The translations under genes were made by a program, and so were the position numbers. The notes under the pieces are model-generated. The model was not told where the DNA came from. It saw only the letters and a list, made by a program, of their open reading frames with translations, and did not search any database. 64,000 nucleotides of DNA from Amoebophrya sp. A120 (lineage: Eukaryota; Protista; Dinoflagellata): assembly GCA_905178155.1 (NCBI GenBank), contig CAJINV010000003.1, positions 1,900,395 to 1,964,394 of the forward strand. The letters run 5' to 3'. Shown piece by piece: positions 46,491-58,296 of this stretch (position 1 is its first letter; the number at the start of each line of letters is the position of its first letter).

Positions 46491-49400
46491 TCAAACCTCT
46501 GCACCGGTACCGGTAGTGGCTTGAAAATCGCAGTAATCGATGACCAAGCCTTGGTCATCATCCGATTGCTGTTGGCGCACACAGCTCCCGAAGCTCTTCC
46601 CAAAAACGATTTCCTCCGGCAGGTACGAGTAGCGGGCCTGAATCGGGTGGCTGGTCAAAGGCTCGACCCCTTCCAAAATGCACACCATTTCGAAGTAATT
46701 GCAGGATGCGGGCGAAACCGAAAGCGCCTTCGCACTGGTGGTAGTTATTGCTCCAGGGATATCACTTTGACTTGTTCGCCTCCGCCGGTGATCGTGACAG
46801 GCAAGCGTAGAGCCAGTACCTGCACGAGCCCCATCAGCAACAATGTCCTTGTTCCTGTCGAAAGCACTGCACTTGAAGCCAGGTCCTGCGGCCGCCACAT
46901 CTTTACCGGGAGCAGGTAGTTCTTCTTCTGCTTCCGCGACTTCAATGCATTGCAATTCCTCCTCGGATTTTGCTAGAAGGGACAGGTAGTCCTTCAGGTA
47001 CTCCAGTAAGACGTCACTTTTCCAAATGTCGTGCCGCAGCCGAAACTCGAGCACCAGCAACAGCCCGCCGTGCGTCGCGAACTGCGGCTTGTGATCCACA
47101 AACCGCCGCTTGGCCTCCAGCCGCTCGGCGTCGGTCGAGTTGTGCAGGCAGTGCAGAAACAGCTCGTGGTCGGTCAGCAAATTCTCGCCGCACACGTTAC
47201 AAACCTTCCCGCACCGCATCCCCATCTCCGCGTCCACCTGCCGCATACCGACGAGCTCCTGACGTAGCGAAATCTCGTGCTCCCCCGGATTCCGCGACAG
47301 CAGTCGGCGATACGTCGAAGTAGATGAGCTGCTTGTAAGTCCTGCAGTTGTGGTGCCTCCAAAACGACCTTGCAGAAAGTTACTCGTGCTTGGCGGGTAA
47401 ACATTTTGCGGTCGATGGTGCGAGGCTGGACTTGTCACGGTATTGATCGTGAGTGCGGGTGTGTGGACGTGTTCGGACGCAGGACGAGGGTTCAGCGATT
47501 TCTGCGGGGGTACGACCGGCGCAGTAGAGGGGCCGACACTAGGACAGCTCGGCCCGCTCGCTTTGGAGGCTCTGCTCGCCTGGGGTTCCCTCGTCGTCGC
47601 CGTATCTAAGCTGCGCGCACGCATGGAGCCGTCAGGCAACGATACGCAGGTGGCCCCAGTTTTACCAAAATGCTCCGTGTTCGAAGGTTCCTCCTTGACC
47701 ACCGTATTCGACGCGCTGTCTTGCGGCAGGGCCGATCCCGAGTCGTGGGTGAGTTGACGGCCCTGCTCAGAGGGATTCGACGCCACCGCTGCCTCCGCGA
47801 CCTGGTCGGCTTGTTGTCCACCTTGGTCGTGTCCTCGCGCCAGAACTACGGAAGGCGCGGCCGCTTGGTGCCCGACCACACACGTGTGGCTGAGGTCGTA
47901 GTTCTTGTCCAGCGGTATTAACAACTCGGGTTCCTCGTAGGGAAAGCAGCATGGCAATCCCAGTGCCGTGAAAAGCGACTGCTGTGGGTCTCGCTGGTCA
48001 TCGCACGTGAAGAAGAACGCGTCCTCGATGCGCGCCATCGCTTCGCGGTATGCGGACGGCACCAGGGGGCTCCACTGGTCGATGCGGTGCATGATCTTCT
48101 GTGGCAAGTCCAAGTCGACCTGTGCACCCTCCCGGTCGCTTGGGTTCTGGAGCCGCATTCGGTACTGCTGGAAAGAAAACGCGGGCGCCTCGGGAGGCGG
48201 CGGGCTCTGCTTGACGGCTTTGATGTTCTGCGCCTGTCGCTGGCTGTTGGTGTTACAACCCGTAGTGGTCCGTGGGGAGGTGTTGGATTTGCGCTTCCTG
48301 ACGCCAGGCGTGGCCGCACTGGTGGCCATCAGCTGATCATTTGGGGATTTTTCTGCAGGCGATTCCAGATGCATCGGAGGGTGGATCTCGCACAACTTGG
48401 TTGGTGGGTCAAGGACCCGTGGCAGTTCTTCAGGAGCTTTGTTCCTAGGAGAAAATATCACCGGTGGCAGGTGCAAGACGCTGATCGGCTCGGGGCGAAG
48501 CGCCGCTCCTGCGATCTCAGTTACATGTTCGTCACTGCAGCTGGTTTCAGCGGGCCGCTTCACAGCTTCAGCGCCGCGGGTCGCGGACGGCGAAGGCTCT
48601 TCGCCGCTGGAGCAAACCGCTTCTTGGTTCGTCTCGGCGCGCCGAATTGTGAGGATTCCTGCGTCGCTGCTGGCCGTCGCTGGGAGGTCGGGGACGCAGG
48701 ACCCAAACTGCGGCGAGCGTGGCGGGTACAACGACAGGGAATAGCCCCCAACACTGGTAGCCTTAATGAAAGTGCGGTCGAGCTCGTCTTGGTCTTCCCC
48801 CGTGTTTGCACTTGATTTCCCGATCACCTTTGTTTCCGGTGCGTGGTCTGCTTTCACGTTATTTGAGGTTTCATCCCGGGTGGAGGTCGTGGGCTCAGCG
48901 ACGGAAGTTTGTCCCCCCGATGACACTTTTTCTTCGCTGCCCCAGCCCGCCAGCGGCGTTTTCACCAGATATTCCTCTTCCTCCTCCGGAGGGTCATCTT
49001 CCAGTCCCGCAAAGGGCTCCGGGTTCTCCAGGTCGTCCTCGGCCTCGCGCGCGGGCTGCAAAAAACGGTCCACCACGCGGTGCAGTATGGAGCGTCGGAG
49101 TCGAACCGGGACGTTCTCCGGTCCCCGAATGTCCAGCACCACGTGGGTGGGGGTGGACTCCAAGATGGCCGACTCCCAGAAAAATCGCTCCTCTTCCTCC
49201 TCCTGCTCGGATTCAACGTCTAGCAGCAGTGGCGGCGGGGGCACTAGTTCGGTGCTTGATGTTGCGCGGTTTCCGTGGCCTTGTTCTTCCCCGCTCGATG
49301 TCATCTCCGTTTGGAGGTGCCGTTTTGCTTTGCACAACGGTTCCTCTTCGTCCGACTCTGCTAGTACTGCCTCGGGACGACGAGCAGACGCACCCGTACC

Positions 49401-52400
49401 GTCTATTGCTCCATCGGGAAGCGCTGTCTGTTCTGGTACTTCTAGCGCCGGAGTTTCAGAGGTGACTGTCTCACGGTCCGCGTCGTTTAATAATACGTGT
49501 TCCTGCTGCTGGTCTGACGTAAGGAAATCACCAACTTCATGATAAGCCCTCACTTCTGACGTCACGTCTGCAAGACCACCGTCCTCCCCGGTAGTACCCA
49601 CTGCTTCAGCCCCCGCCTCGCGCATCAGCAGGCGCTGCGAAACAACCTCGAGTCCGGCAACGGCGGGAAGCTCCAGATTGCGGTCGCGGCTGGGACGGCT
49701 CGGGGTGGGGAGTGCCTTGAGCTCTGGCAGGGGGTCCGCGAAGGAAAAGTGGTGACGAACGGGCGTTAACGCAGCTGGAGCTATCGCCTTCTTCGGCTTT
49801 TTCGCACGCTGAGCCGAAGGACAGGTGTCCGCGAACAACCAGAGAAACTCTTCCGTCAGTGGCAAAATCCGTGAAAAACTGCCCTGGCCGTCGGACACAC
49901 TGCAATTGGACGACGTCGCACACTGATTCAACATCCGATCGTGCGGCTGGTGCTGTCCTGGCAACAGCGACTCTGTAGTGCAGCCTGCCGTGCCGGCCTC
50001 CAGGTTTGCTCGGTCTCGGGACGACGTGCGCTCGTCCCCGGAGCTGCGCGGCTCGGGGCAGCGATTGGGATTGTTGTCGTCTTTGACTACGTGCTCATGC
50101 CCCCCTACTCCTGCTCCTCCAGGCGGACAACCATTGTTCGACGGCTGCGCGGGGCTGTTTGCTAGAGCCGGGACGACGTCTTGCTCATTGTCCACAACGC
50201 GGGGCGTCAGAGACAGAGCGTCATCCAGCATGTATCCATCCGACGAATCCTCGCCGTCAACCGTCCGTGTGTCCGACCGCGCGTGTTCATCGTCTCCTTC
50301 TCCCAGCGGTCCGTCCGTGGCGAAGGATTCCTGGGTCTGCTTTTTTCGAATCGGAAACAGGGAAGCCCCGGACTTTCGCTGGTTGTCCGGATCGTGCGCG
50401 CGACCTCCAGCACCAGTGCGGGGTGGCAACGAACAGTTGCGCATAGTAGTTGATGTGTAGTTGTATTTCTCAGGCGTGCCATCAACAAGCTCGGGAAGAA
50501 GCACGAAATCGTCCTCCGGGGGGATCAAGGTAGTAGTTTCTTCGCATGACGTGCCGTCGTACAAACCCGCTGCCGCGGTTTTATAACCCTGGCCCGGCAT
50601 CCTCGCCGGCGAACAAAACCTGGTGCAATCTGCAGCCCCCGCAGAAGCAACAGCTGAGCAACCTGAAATCAGTTGCTGCTCCATGTTGTCAACGGTCATT
50701 TTCGGCATGTTGGTGCTAGTGGACACACTTGCAGCCTCCTTGGTCTCCATGACACAGTCGTGGCCGGAAACTGCAAGGTCTCCGGGTGCTTCGGGGTCGT
50801 GGTCGCTTCCTGTTGGTAGAGCTTGACTGCTGGCGGCTGCTACGTCGTCTACCAGCTTTGTTTTGTTCTGTTGTTCTTCTACAACTTCATAGGAAAAACC
50901 ATCGCCGTCCAGAGGCTGCACGACGCCTTGCGACTGCGAGCTTTTTGCGACGACCTCGGATGTTCTTGTCTTGGGCGTCGCCAACAATACGGGGGTTCTC
51001 AAGCGCAACTCGTGGTGGGACGGCTCGCGTTCAGAGGACGCGTAGTAGTGGTTGTTTTCCTCCACCCGTTCTCTACTTTTTCTATCCTCCAAAGCGGCCC
51101 GGGTCTCCAAACTTTTCCGACAGTCCTCGCGCATCTTCTCGAGCCGCTCCGCTTGCTTCGCGACAGTTTTCCTCAGCAGTGCCTCCGTTTGCCGGTTCAG
51201 GTTCGTGCACGACGCGTGGTTGTGCTTGAAGAGGAAGCAGGACACGTTGGTCTTGATCAGGGTCGTCTTGCGCAGTTCCCCGAGCTGAAACGCGAAATAC
51301 AGATATCCGTCCATCGGCTCCACCACGGCGACGTCAGAGAACATGATCGTGGCGGCGCGCTTCTGGCCCTTGCTGATCTTGGTGAGGACCGTGCCGATCA
51401 CCGCGGAAGCCGAGAACAGGTTCAGCAGGTGGGCGCACACCAGCACACAGATCATGTGGGGGCAGTGGTTAAAGTAGGGGTCCGGAACGCCGTACCCGAT
51501 CGTGGTCAGGGTTTCGAGGGACAAGTACATGGCGTCCACTATCCTGAGTAAAAACGTACCCACACCAGAGTTGTAATGCAGATTTGCAAAGACAGGAAGA
51601 CTTGTAATGCGCATCCCAATGAGAGCCATTTCCAGTCGTGCTTTGGAATTTGTGATGCTGTGAACAGGATGAGCAGATGAATCTGTGACGCGGCTGCACT
51701 TGCTAGCCTGCACTACACTGCATAGTGCAACTTGTCATGCGTGACTCACAAAACTCCTAGGTTTGTGTTGCAAAATCCCCATCCTGACTCTGGTGTGGGT
51801 ACGTTTTTACTCAGGATATCCACAAAACAGGACACGTTCAGGCCGCACGCGTCGTTGGGAACCAGGTAATAGATCGCCCCGGCGAACACGACCCAGAGCC
51901 CGATGTAGGTCGCGAAGAACACGCTCACCAGCTCCTTCACCGTGAGACCCAGCAGCACGTGAAACGTGTCCGAGTTTAGCAGGTACATAGGCCGGTTTTC
52001 GCGAACGATGTTGGCGCCATTACTGTAATTGTCCCGCGGAATGAGTCGCAGTGGCGAGGCGCGCGCCTCGTCCGTGGTCTTCGTCGCTATTTGTATTTCC
52101 GCTGCTTCGATCGTATCTTGGTTCGTCGCGACGGCTGCACCTTGTAATGGCTGTTGACCGGCGGAGACAACAAGGTTGTGCGGGGGCTGCTGTGGTCCCG
52201 AAGAGGAAAACGGTAGTAATGATTTATTGCCTCGTGACATGATGCCGGGAGAAGCGGCGCGAAACGACTGCTGGTGGTCAAACGCCTGTTCCTGCTGGAA
52301 GTTGTCAGATTCCCCTGCTCCAAAGAAAGACGCGCGGCTATCGAATCTGCGGATCTCCGTTTCCGAGTTAGCGGCTGCTGCGGCTGCCTGCGCTACACTG

Positions 52401-53152
52401 CGAGAAGATGGCGACGAAAGGATCGTCGATAGCTTCGACGCGAACCAGGCCTTGGACTTTTCCAGCGAATTGTGGAAAAATGCATTCCCGATTCTCGTCG
52501 CACTCGCTCCTTTGCTTGAAACATCTTCTGGGATGTTAGTGCCGCGCCCTCGATATTTTTTGTTTTGAAAATTGGCAGTTGTACTTCCTCCAAAAATATA
52601 CGACCGCGCCGAAGACGGCGTGCCCTGCTCTGTTTCTTCTGCGTTTCGGTACAGAAGCGACGAATTATCTTCGTTGTGTTCTTTCGGAAGCAAAGCCTCG
52701 CACAGCTCCTCGGTCTTGTTGCCCGTCGCAAAGCAACTGCCATGGTGCCCGTTCCGGCGGACAGATCTGTCTGCAGGAGTACTACTCCAGAATCTTCGTT
52801 CATCGGGTCGTCCCCGAAGATCCAGCCGCAGGTTGTTCTCGATGTCGTCGCTCAGAAGGCGATCATCTTGTTCTTCGTGTACTAAATCTGGGGTGTGGAG
52901 GCCGTGCTCCTGCACCGAAGATACATTCTGGTTCTGCGAGGCCGATGAAAATAATCGCGCACTTGCAGTTGAGTACGTGTTGCGCATGAATTGCGTGATG
53001 TGCCCGGCGGAAAAGTACCACTCCGCGCGGTCAAGGAGGTCGGTGGCCACGGAAAATGCGTGGTGGAAGCTCGACCGCCCTGCGCTGGTGAGTACGTAAA
53101 AGCTGCTGCTTCGCCGATCGCGCCGCGGCTGCCGCGGAAGTGCTGTGTACAA
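46491..53152 (-). CDS. Giant inward-rectifier potassium channel (Kir/IRK family), over 2000 aa, with one non-canonical intron; start uncertain (first in-frame ATG 52987)
   Basis: Slide helix and M1 (DTFHVLL...LWVVFAGAIYY) lie in the 51746 ORF. Pore SLETLTTIGYG, M2, IMFSDVAVV, HRIDQWSPL and FEMVCILEG...ARYSYLPEEI lie in the 46491 ORF. Joined as SCFVD|AMYLSLET. Confidence 0.9.
51540..51818. mobile_element. Introner/MITE-like element C (279 bp), non-canonical intron in the Kir gene
   Basis: Perfect 32-bp TIR TATCCTGAGTAAAAACGTACCCACACCAGAGT (51540-51571 and 51787-51818). Perfect direct repeat TCCAC at 51535-51539 and 51819-51823. Confidence 0.95.
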
Positions 53153-55196
53153 GTGAAATCGCGCTTAGCAAGCTCGTAGTCGTAGTTTCGTTTATTCAAA
53201 TTGATCCTCGTCCGGCGCGGTGGCGATAGATATCAGAAGCACAGCTATCTATCTTCAGTAAGGTTCTTAACTCGAGGCAAATTGACGAGCAGGCCATGTT
53301 CATGTAGGATACACATGCATGGTTAGAGCAGCAAAGACAAAGCCACTAAACTAGAAGATGAACGAAAGACTGCAAAACTTGTAAGACGACTAGTACACGA
53401 ACAGCATCCAATTACACGAAGAATCTCAAGTACCTATTTTGTCGCTGTCGTGTCGTCCCAGCATTATGTCGTCGCTTACTTTCGAGAAAACTCGGAAAAA
53501 CGAGTTCGGTCGCTTTTTTGGGGAGTCGCTGAGAGTCAAGTACGGGAGTCGCTAGAGTTGCAGGCGTGCGAAGCCGGATAAATTTTCCCGTCTAGAACTA
53601 CACGAAATCGGTTTGGGTTCCGAGACCCGTCCCTTGCGCCCTGCTAAACGAAGTCGTGAAAGACGGCCATATCTTGGCCCTTTTTCCGTTTGACGCTTTT
53701 TGTGCGAAGCGGCGTTATTGTCCGGCTGCAGGCACGACTCCGATGATGCCCTCGCTGCTTCAGCACACTGCGAAGATGCTGCTCCGCCAAGGCACCAAGA
53801 TGCATACTCCTCTGCAAATCTCGTGGTCCCTGCCGTTTGTAGCTCGCCATTTTCGTCCCCTTCTTGGTCGATTTTTTGGCCTCTTTCGATCTCTGTTCGG
53901 CGCTACTGTGGTGTTCGCCGTTCAGGACTGTCCCGCTTGTTTTGATGTGCCAGTGCCTCTTCAACGAACAAGGATTGCTTTCTCTTTGATGTCCTCGCAA
54001 TCAGTAATAGTAGGTCGAGGTCGTTGGATTCAAATACAAAAGGAAAAGCCAGTTTGGGCGGAAAGAAAAATTGTGGCACAGCCGAAAGATCGTTTACGTT
54101 TTCGTTTCGAGATGTAGGTATAGGCGTCGTAGAAGCAGGAAATAAAAGTAAACTGTCTCTTTCTTCGTTCTTGTGGCGAACGCAAAGCAGAGACTGCTCG
54201 ACCACGTTCGTTCTCCTCTTCGATAAAAAAAGTGCACCGGGGGTGTGCGGCCTGTGTAGTTCCAGTCTGTCTTGCAGTTCTCTGTTCAGTCACCAGCAGA
54301 CGCTGGTGCAGAACCTCGCTTTGTGAAAAGCCTCGACCACCAGCAGGAGAACGAAATTTATTCTTGCTTCTCGACAGGTTTGCCTCGGCCTTGACGTCTT
54401 GACGCTTTTACTTTTTCGTGTTTCTGTCTCTTTCATACATGCTCACAATAAAAAAATTTCGAATTTTAGTGATGCTGATCAACCTCTTCTACTACCCAAT
54501 CGATCTCAAAGGAAGTCAGTGCCACTTTTGCATTTTCTGATCCTCGCCATGTCAAGTCGCTAATCATGCGGACCTTAGAGTTCTTTATTTGCCGCAGATC
54601 TCTGTAAATTTACGGAAAACATCCAGCCAGACTGAAAAGTAGTGCCTGTTGCTGTGCGCAGCATTCACGCGGTAGCTGGCGTAAAACAAAGCACCAGATG
54701 CCTTCACAATGAGTATAGAATTTCGAGGATTTCAAGCTCTCTTACAGATACAGTTACACCAGCGCGCTGCGTAATGAAATTACATGTTGTACAGGAGGGG
54801 TAATTTCAAGGGTGCGAGGTGTAACGCGCCTTCGAATCACACGCCCTAATGTAAGTAGTAGTGCACCATCGATTCTCTGACTCTGCAGACCGCTTTTTTT
54901 GTTCGCATTCAGGGAGCGATTATCTACAAAGAGGAGCACGAAGATCGTAAGTCTAATTCATCAAGCAGCAGCAGGTAGGGGAGATTTAGATTATGAAAAT
55001 CTTGTATAGGTGAACGCGAAATAGATACGCAGATTCAGATTGGAGAGCGAGTGTGATTCTCAAACGTAAGGGTACAAGCAAGAGTTTCTTAGTACAGCAC
55101 AAGCCGACACACAGCACAAGCACTGAAGCATGTCTACTTAAAACAAGAAATATTTATATTAACTCTAGCTCGTACGTTCATAGTTCAGGTCGGCGA

Positions 55197-58100
55197 CTAC
55201 TGTGGTCCAAACAGTGACTCGGCACTGGATTCGTGACCCAGACTGCTTATGTCGCCGTTTTGCTCCTTGAGCAGGCGCAAAAGGGACAAGACTTGGCTCG
55301 CTTGCGAATCCACCGCCAAGATTTTGTCTTGCATGCGAGACACCGCGCCAGAAGTTGCCCGTGACGGAGGGCCGAAAGAATTCTTCATTTCTGGTGGCCT
55401 CTTCAACCAGTCCTGCTCCTCCTTGCTCTCCGTCCTCTGAAGGAACTCGCCAAGGACCTCGCCGGCGCGGCCCGCACTCGCTGGCCGCTCAACATAGCTT
55501 TCACTGACAGTAGACGAGACGGAAGAGGAATTGGCGGAAAGCGGTACCTCCGGCCATTGCAAATTGTACGACCTGGCCCCCTTCTCGGAGATGGCCGACA
55601 TCAGTTGGCTGTAACTCGGAACAAGGGCGGATTTCTTTGGGTACGCCAACTGCTGCTCCTGCCGGCGCCGCCGCCCGCTTTCCGCGCGCAAGCGGGAGGC
55701 TTTTGTTTGTGCCACCCAGGGCCCCACGTACCTCGGCTTGATGGGGTGCTCGCCGACTGCGCGGATTCGCGCCTCCAGACGTTGTTCCTGGTGATAGTAT
55801 CGACGCACCTGGTCGTCGCAGTCCTCCTCCAGCAGCCGACTGCGGATGTACTGCCGCTGGATTTCGCGCAAATTTTCCACGTAGTCCGCCAGGACGGTGT
55901 GCAGTGGTGCGTTGTCCACCTCGGAATCCAGGGCCGGAAACACGGATGCGCTGCGTCCGCCGGTGTGCACTTTGAACGGTTTAGTCGGAATAGAACTTCT
56001 TCCGCCGCCTCCGGACTTCGGCCGCGACGCCGGTGGTTCAACTTTGGTCCGGTAAAAGTACTTGTTGCGCACGTAGTTGCGCAAGCGCCGCGGTGGCCGT
56101 TTTGCGCCCGGTTTCGAGAAGTACACGTCCAAAACCGAAGGGGAAATCACCGTACTCTTAGACGTGGCAGGGGAGTACAGCTCCTCCCTCGGACTACACA
56201 GGGCGTCGGAAATCTGTTCCTTTGCATCGTACAACGCATTGACTATGCGTGCCCGCAGAGTCGGCGAATCGTCCGGTACATAGCCCTCCGTTGACACGGG
56301 CACGCCGATGTTGCCAGTAGCGCGATCCGCAAGCAAACGGAAGCCGCACGACGGCCTCTGTTGCGATTCCGCTTCGTGCTGTGACATCTTCTTGTTGTCT
56401 CTATTTCTCGCAAGTAAAAACGCGGCATCATTCTCATCCTCTTGTTCTTCGTCCAAGTAGACCCCGCCCTCTGGCAATCTCTTGGAGACTTTGAAGGGAT
56501 TTTGGTTTTCGTTCTCGCAGATGCAGAGTGGGCTCTTCGGCGGACTGTCCTCCTTGTAGATCCAGGCTTTTCCGTCGTTCAGGCCCGCCGTTTTGAACGC
56601 CGGAATGGGAAAGGCCGTGGAGGGGGGCGGGATATCAAATGCAAAAGTGTCTGGGTCTGGAAACTTGTAATGCTGAGTTGGGAATAGTGAATGCTCTGTA
56701 ATGCACAGCCAAGCATGAGAAATGTCTGCAGTTCTTTGTGTTGCGTTTCTCGCATGGGCATGAGAAGCTGCGTTTTTGCATGACAGGCAAAAGGGTCTCT
56801 TCTTGGACACGCATCGCAAACAAACTTTTTTGTCATGCCAAACAAGCATGACAAATCTCGCAATCTTCCAGACCCAGACATTTTTGCATTTGATACGGCA
56901 CCTCAAAGGGCAACTGATGCTTCACGTGGCGCTTCGTCGGTAGGGGGAACCCGGTTAGCCGCGGCTGCTCGGCAAAGTCCGGCAACCGCCTCCACGTCGG
57001 CGATTGCAGGTACGTACTGCGTGCATCATCTTCATCGTCGTCTTGCCCAGCGCCAGCGTCGAAGTTGTAGCGTTCTGTAGCATCGTCCTCCCCTGGCTGC
57101 GTTCTCTCGCTGTGCCCTGACACCTGTCTCGGCGGCGCTCCACCGGCTAGACCTTGCACGAGCTCTTGAATACTAGTTGCGAGACTAGTGGTCCCAGGAC
57201 CGCCGAGTTTCTGGTCATCTGTAGAAGTAGCTCCACCAGACGATGCTGTCGAATGGTGCTGATGTGCCGCTTCGCCCTCGGCTTTCATCTTCCTACTGCG
57301 AGCGGCTCGCCCGACTGCGTTTTTGAAGGAGCCCTGCCTGCTGGTCTGCTTCGTTGTCGGCATGTAGTCCGGCACCCCGACGTCCGCGTCAACCTCAGTG
57401 AGCACGCTGGCGTCGGACAAAACACGCCGAGGCGCGGCCTTCGGCGTCCCTGATGGTGACTTGCTGAAGTCGAAGAGACCCGTCCGTTGCAGCGGCTCGT
57501 TGTTTGCGTTGTTCTCGTCATCCGATATATCGAACATGGACCGCGGCGCGCCCGTGATGTTCCGCGAAGTCGCTGCGCGCTTGAAATGCTTCACCTTGGC
57601 GGCAATGTTCAATTGCTTCAGCTGGACGCCGTAGATCAGCGCGTGGATGGCGGCTTTCGCCTGCTCCCCCGCCTCCTGGGCCTTCTTCAAGACATCCTCG
57701 CGGTGCTCCTGTTGGGTCATGGAATTATCCGCTCCAGGGACGGGAGCGGGTGCCGGACTTTTAGAAGAAGGAGGGGCCACGACTGTGACTGATGGGTTCT
57801 TCGCTGACGAGGATTTATTTTCCCCCGCGCGAATCTCCGTTCCCTCGTGCTGTTCCGATTTTTTTGAAACACCAGCAGGAGCGTCGACACCCGCAGTCGC
57901 TTCCAAGGTTGGCGAATCCAACCTGACGTCGTCTTCATCCTCGTTTTTCATCTTCGTCGGCGCCGGGGTATCTTCTACTTCCGAAGACGACGACAACTCC
58001 GCACGATCGTTCACGCGTGCCCGGACAAAGGCGCTCGAGCTCGCGCCCCCGAAACTTTTGCGCACTTCGTCCACCACGCCCTTGAGGTAGTCCAGGGACT

Positions 58101-58296
58101 GCTTCTGCGCTTCATCCTGGATTTGCTGGTTCGCTGCGTCAATCTCTTTCTGCTGTTCTTCGAGCTGCTTCTGTTCCGCTGCGGCCTCCTCCTCCGCGGC
58201 AGCCTTTTTCGCCGCGGTGCCATCGACGCGCAAGTTGGCCAGGGTCACACTTCTCCGCGGCTGCTTCTTCGCGTCCTTGCTACCACCACGCAACAT
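55197..58296 (-). CDS. Hypothetical low-complexity/coiled-coil protein of about 943 aa, split by one non-canonical intron
   Basis: ORFs 56833-58470 and 55197-56906 fuse in frame (LPFEVP|PPSTAF) after removing 268 nt. AAAAATG start at 58296. Confidence 0.8.
56633..56895. mobile_element. Introner/MITE-like element D (263 bp), non-canonical intron
   Basis: 30-bp TIR TATCAAATGCAAAA(G/A)TGTCTGGGTCTGGAA with 1 mismatch. Flanks CGGGA (56628-56632) and CGGCA (56896-56900). Confidence 0.93.

Noticed and set aside
53644-54326. Overlapping short ORFs between the Kir gene and the next gene
   Set aside because: May be a small gene, but no frame, splice model or motif could be supported.
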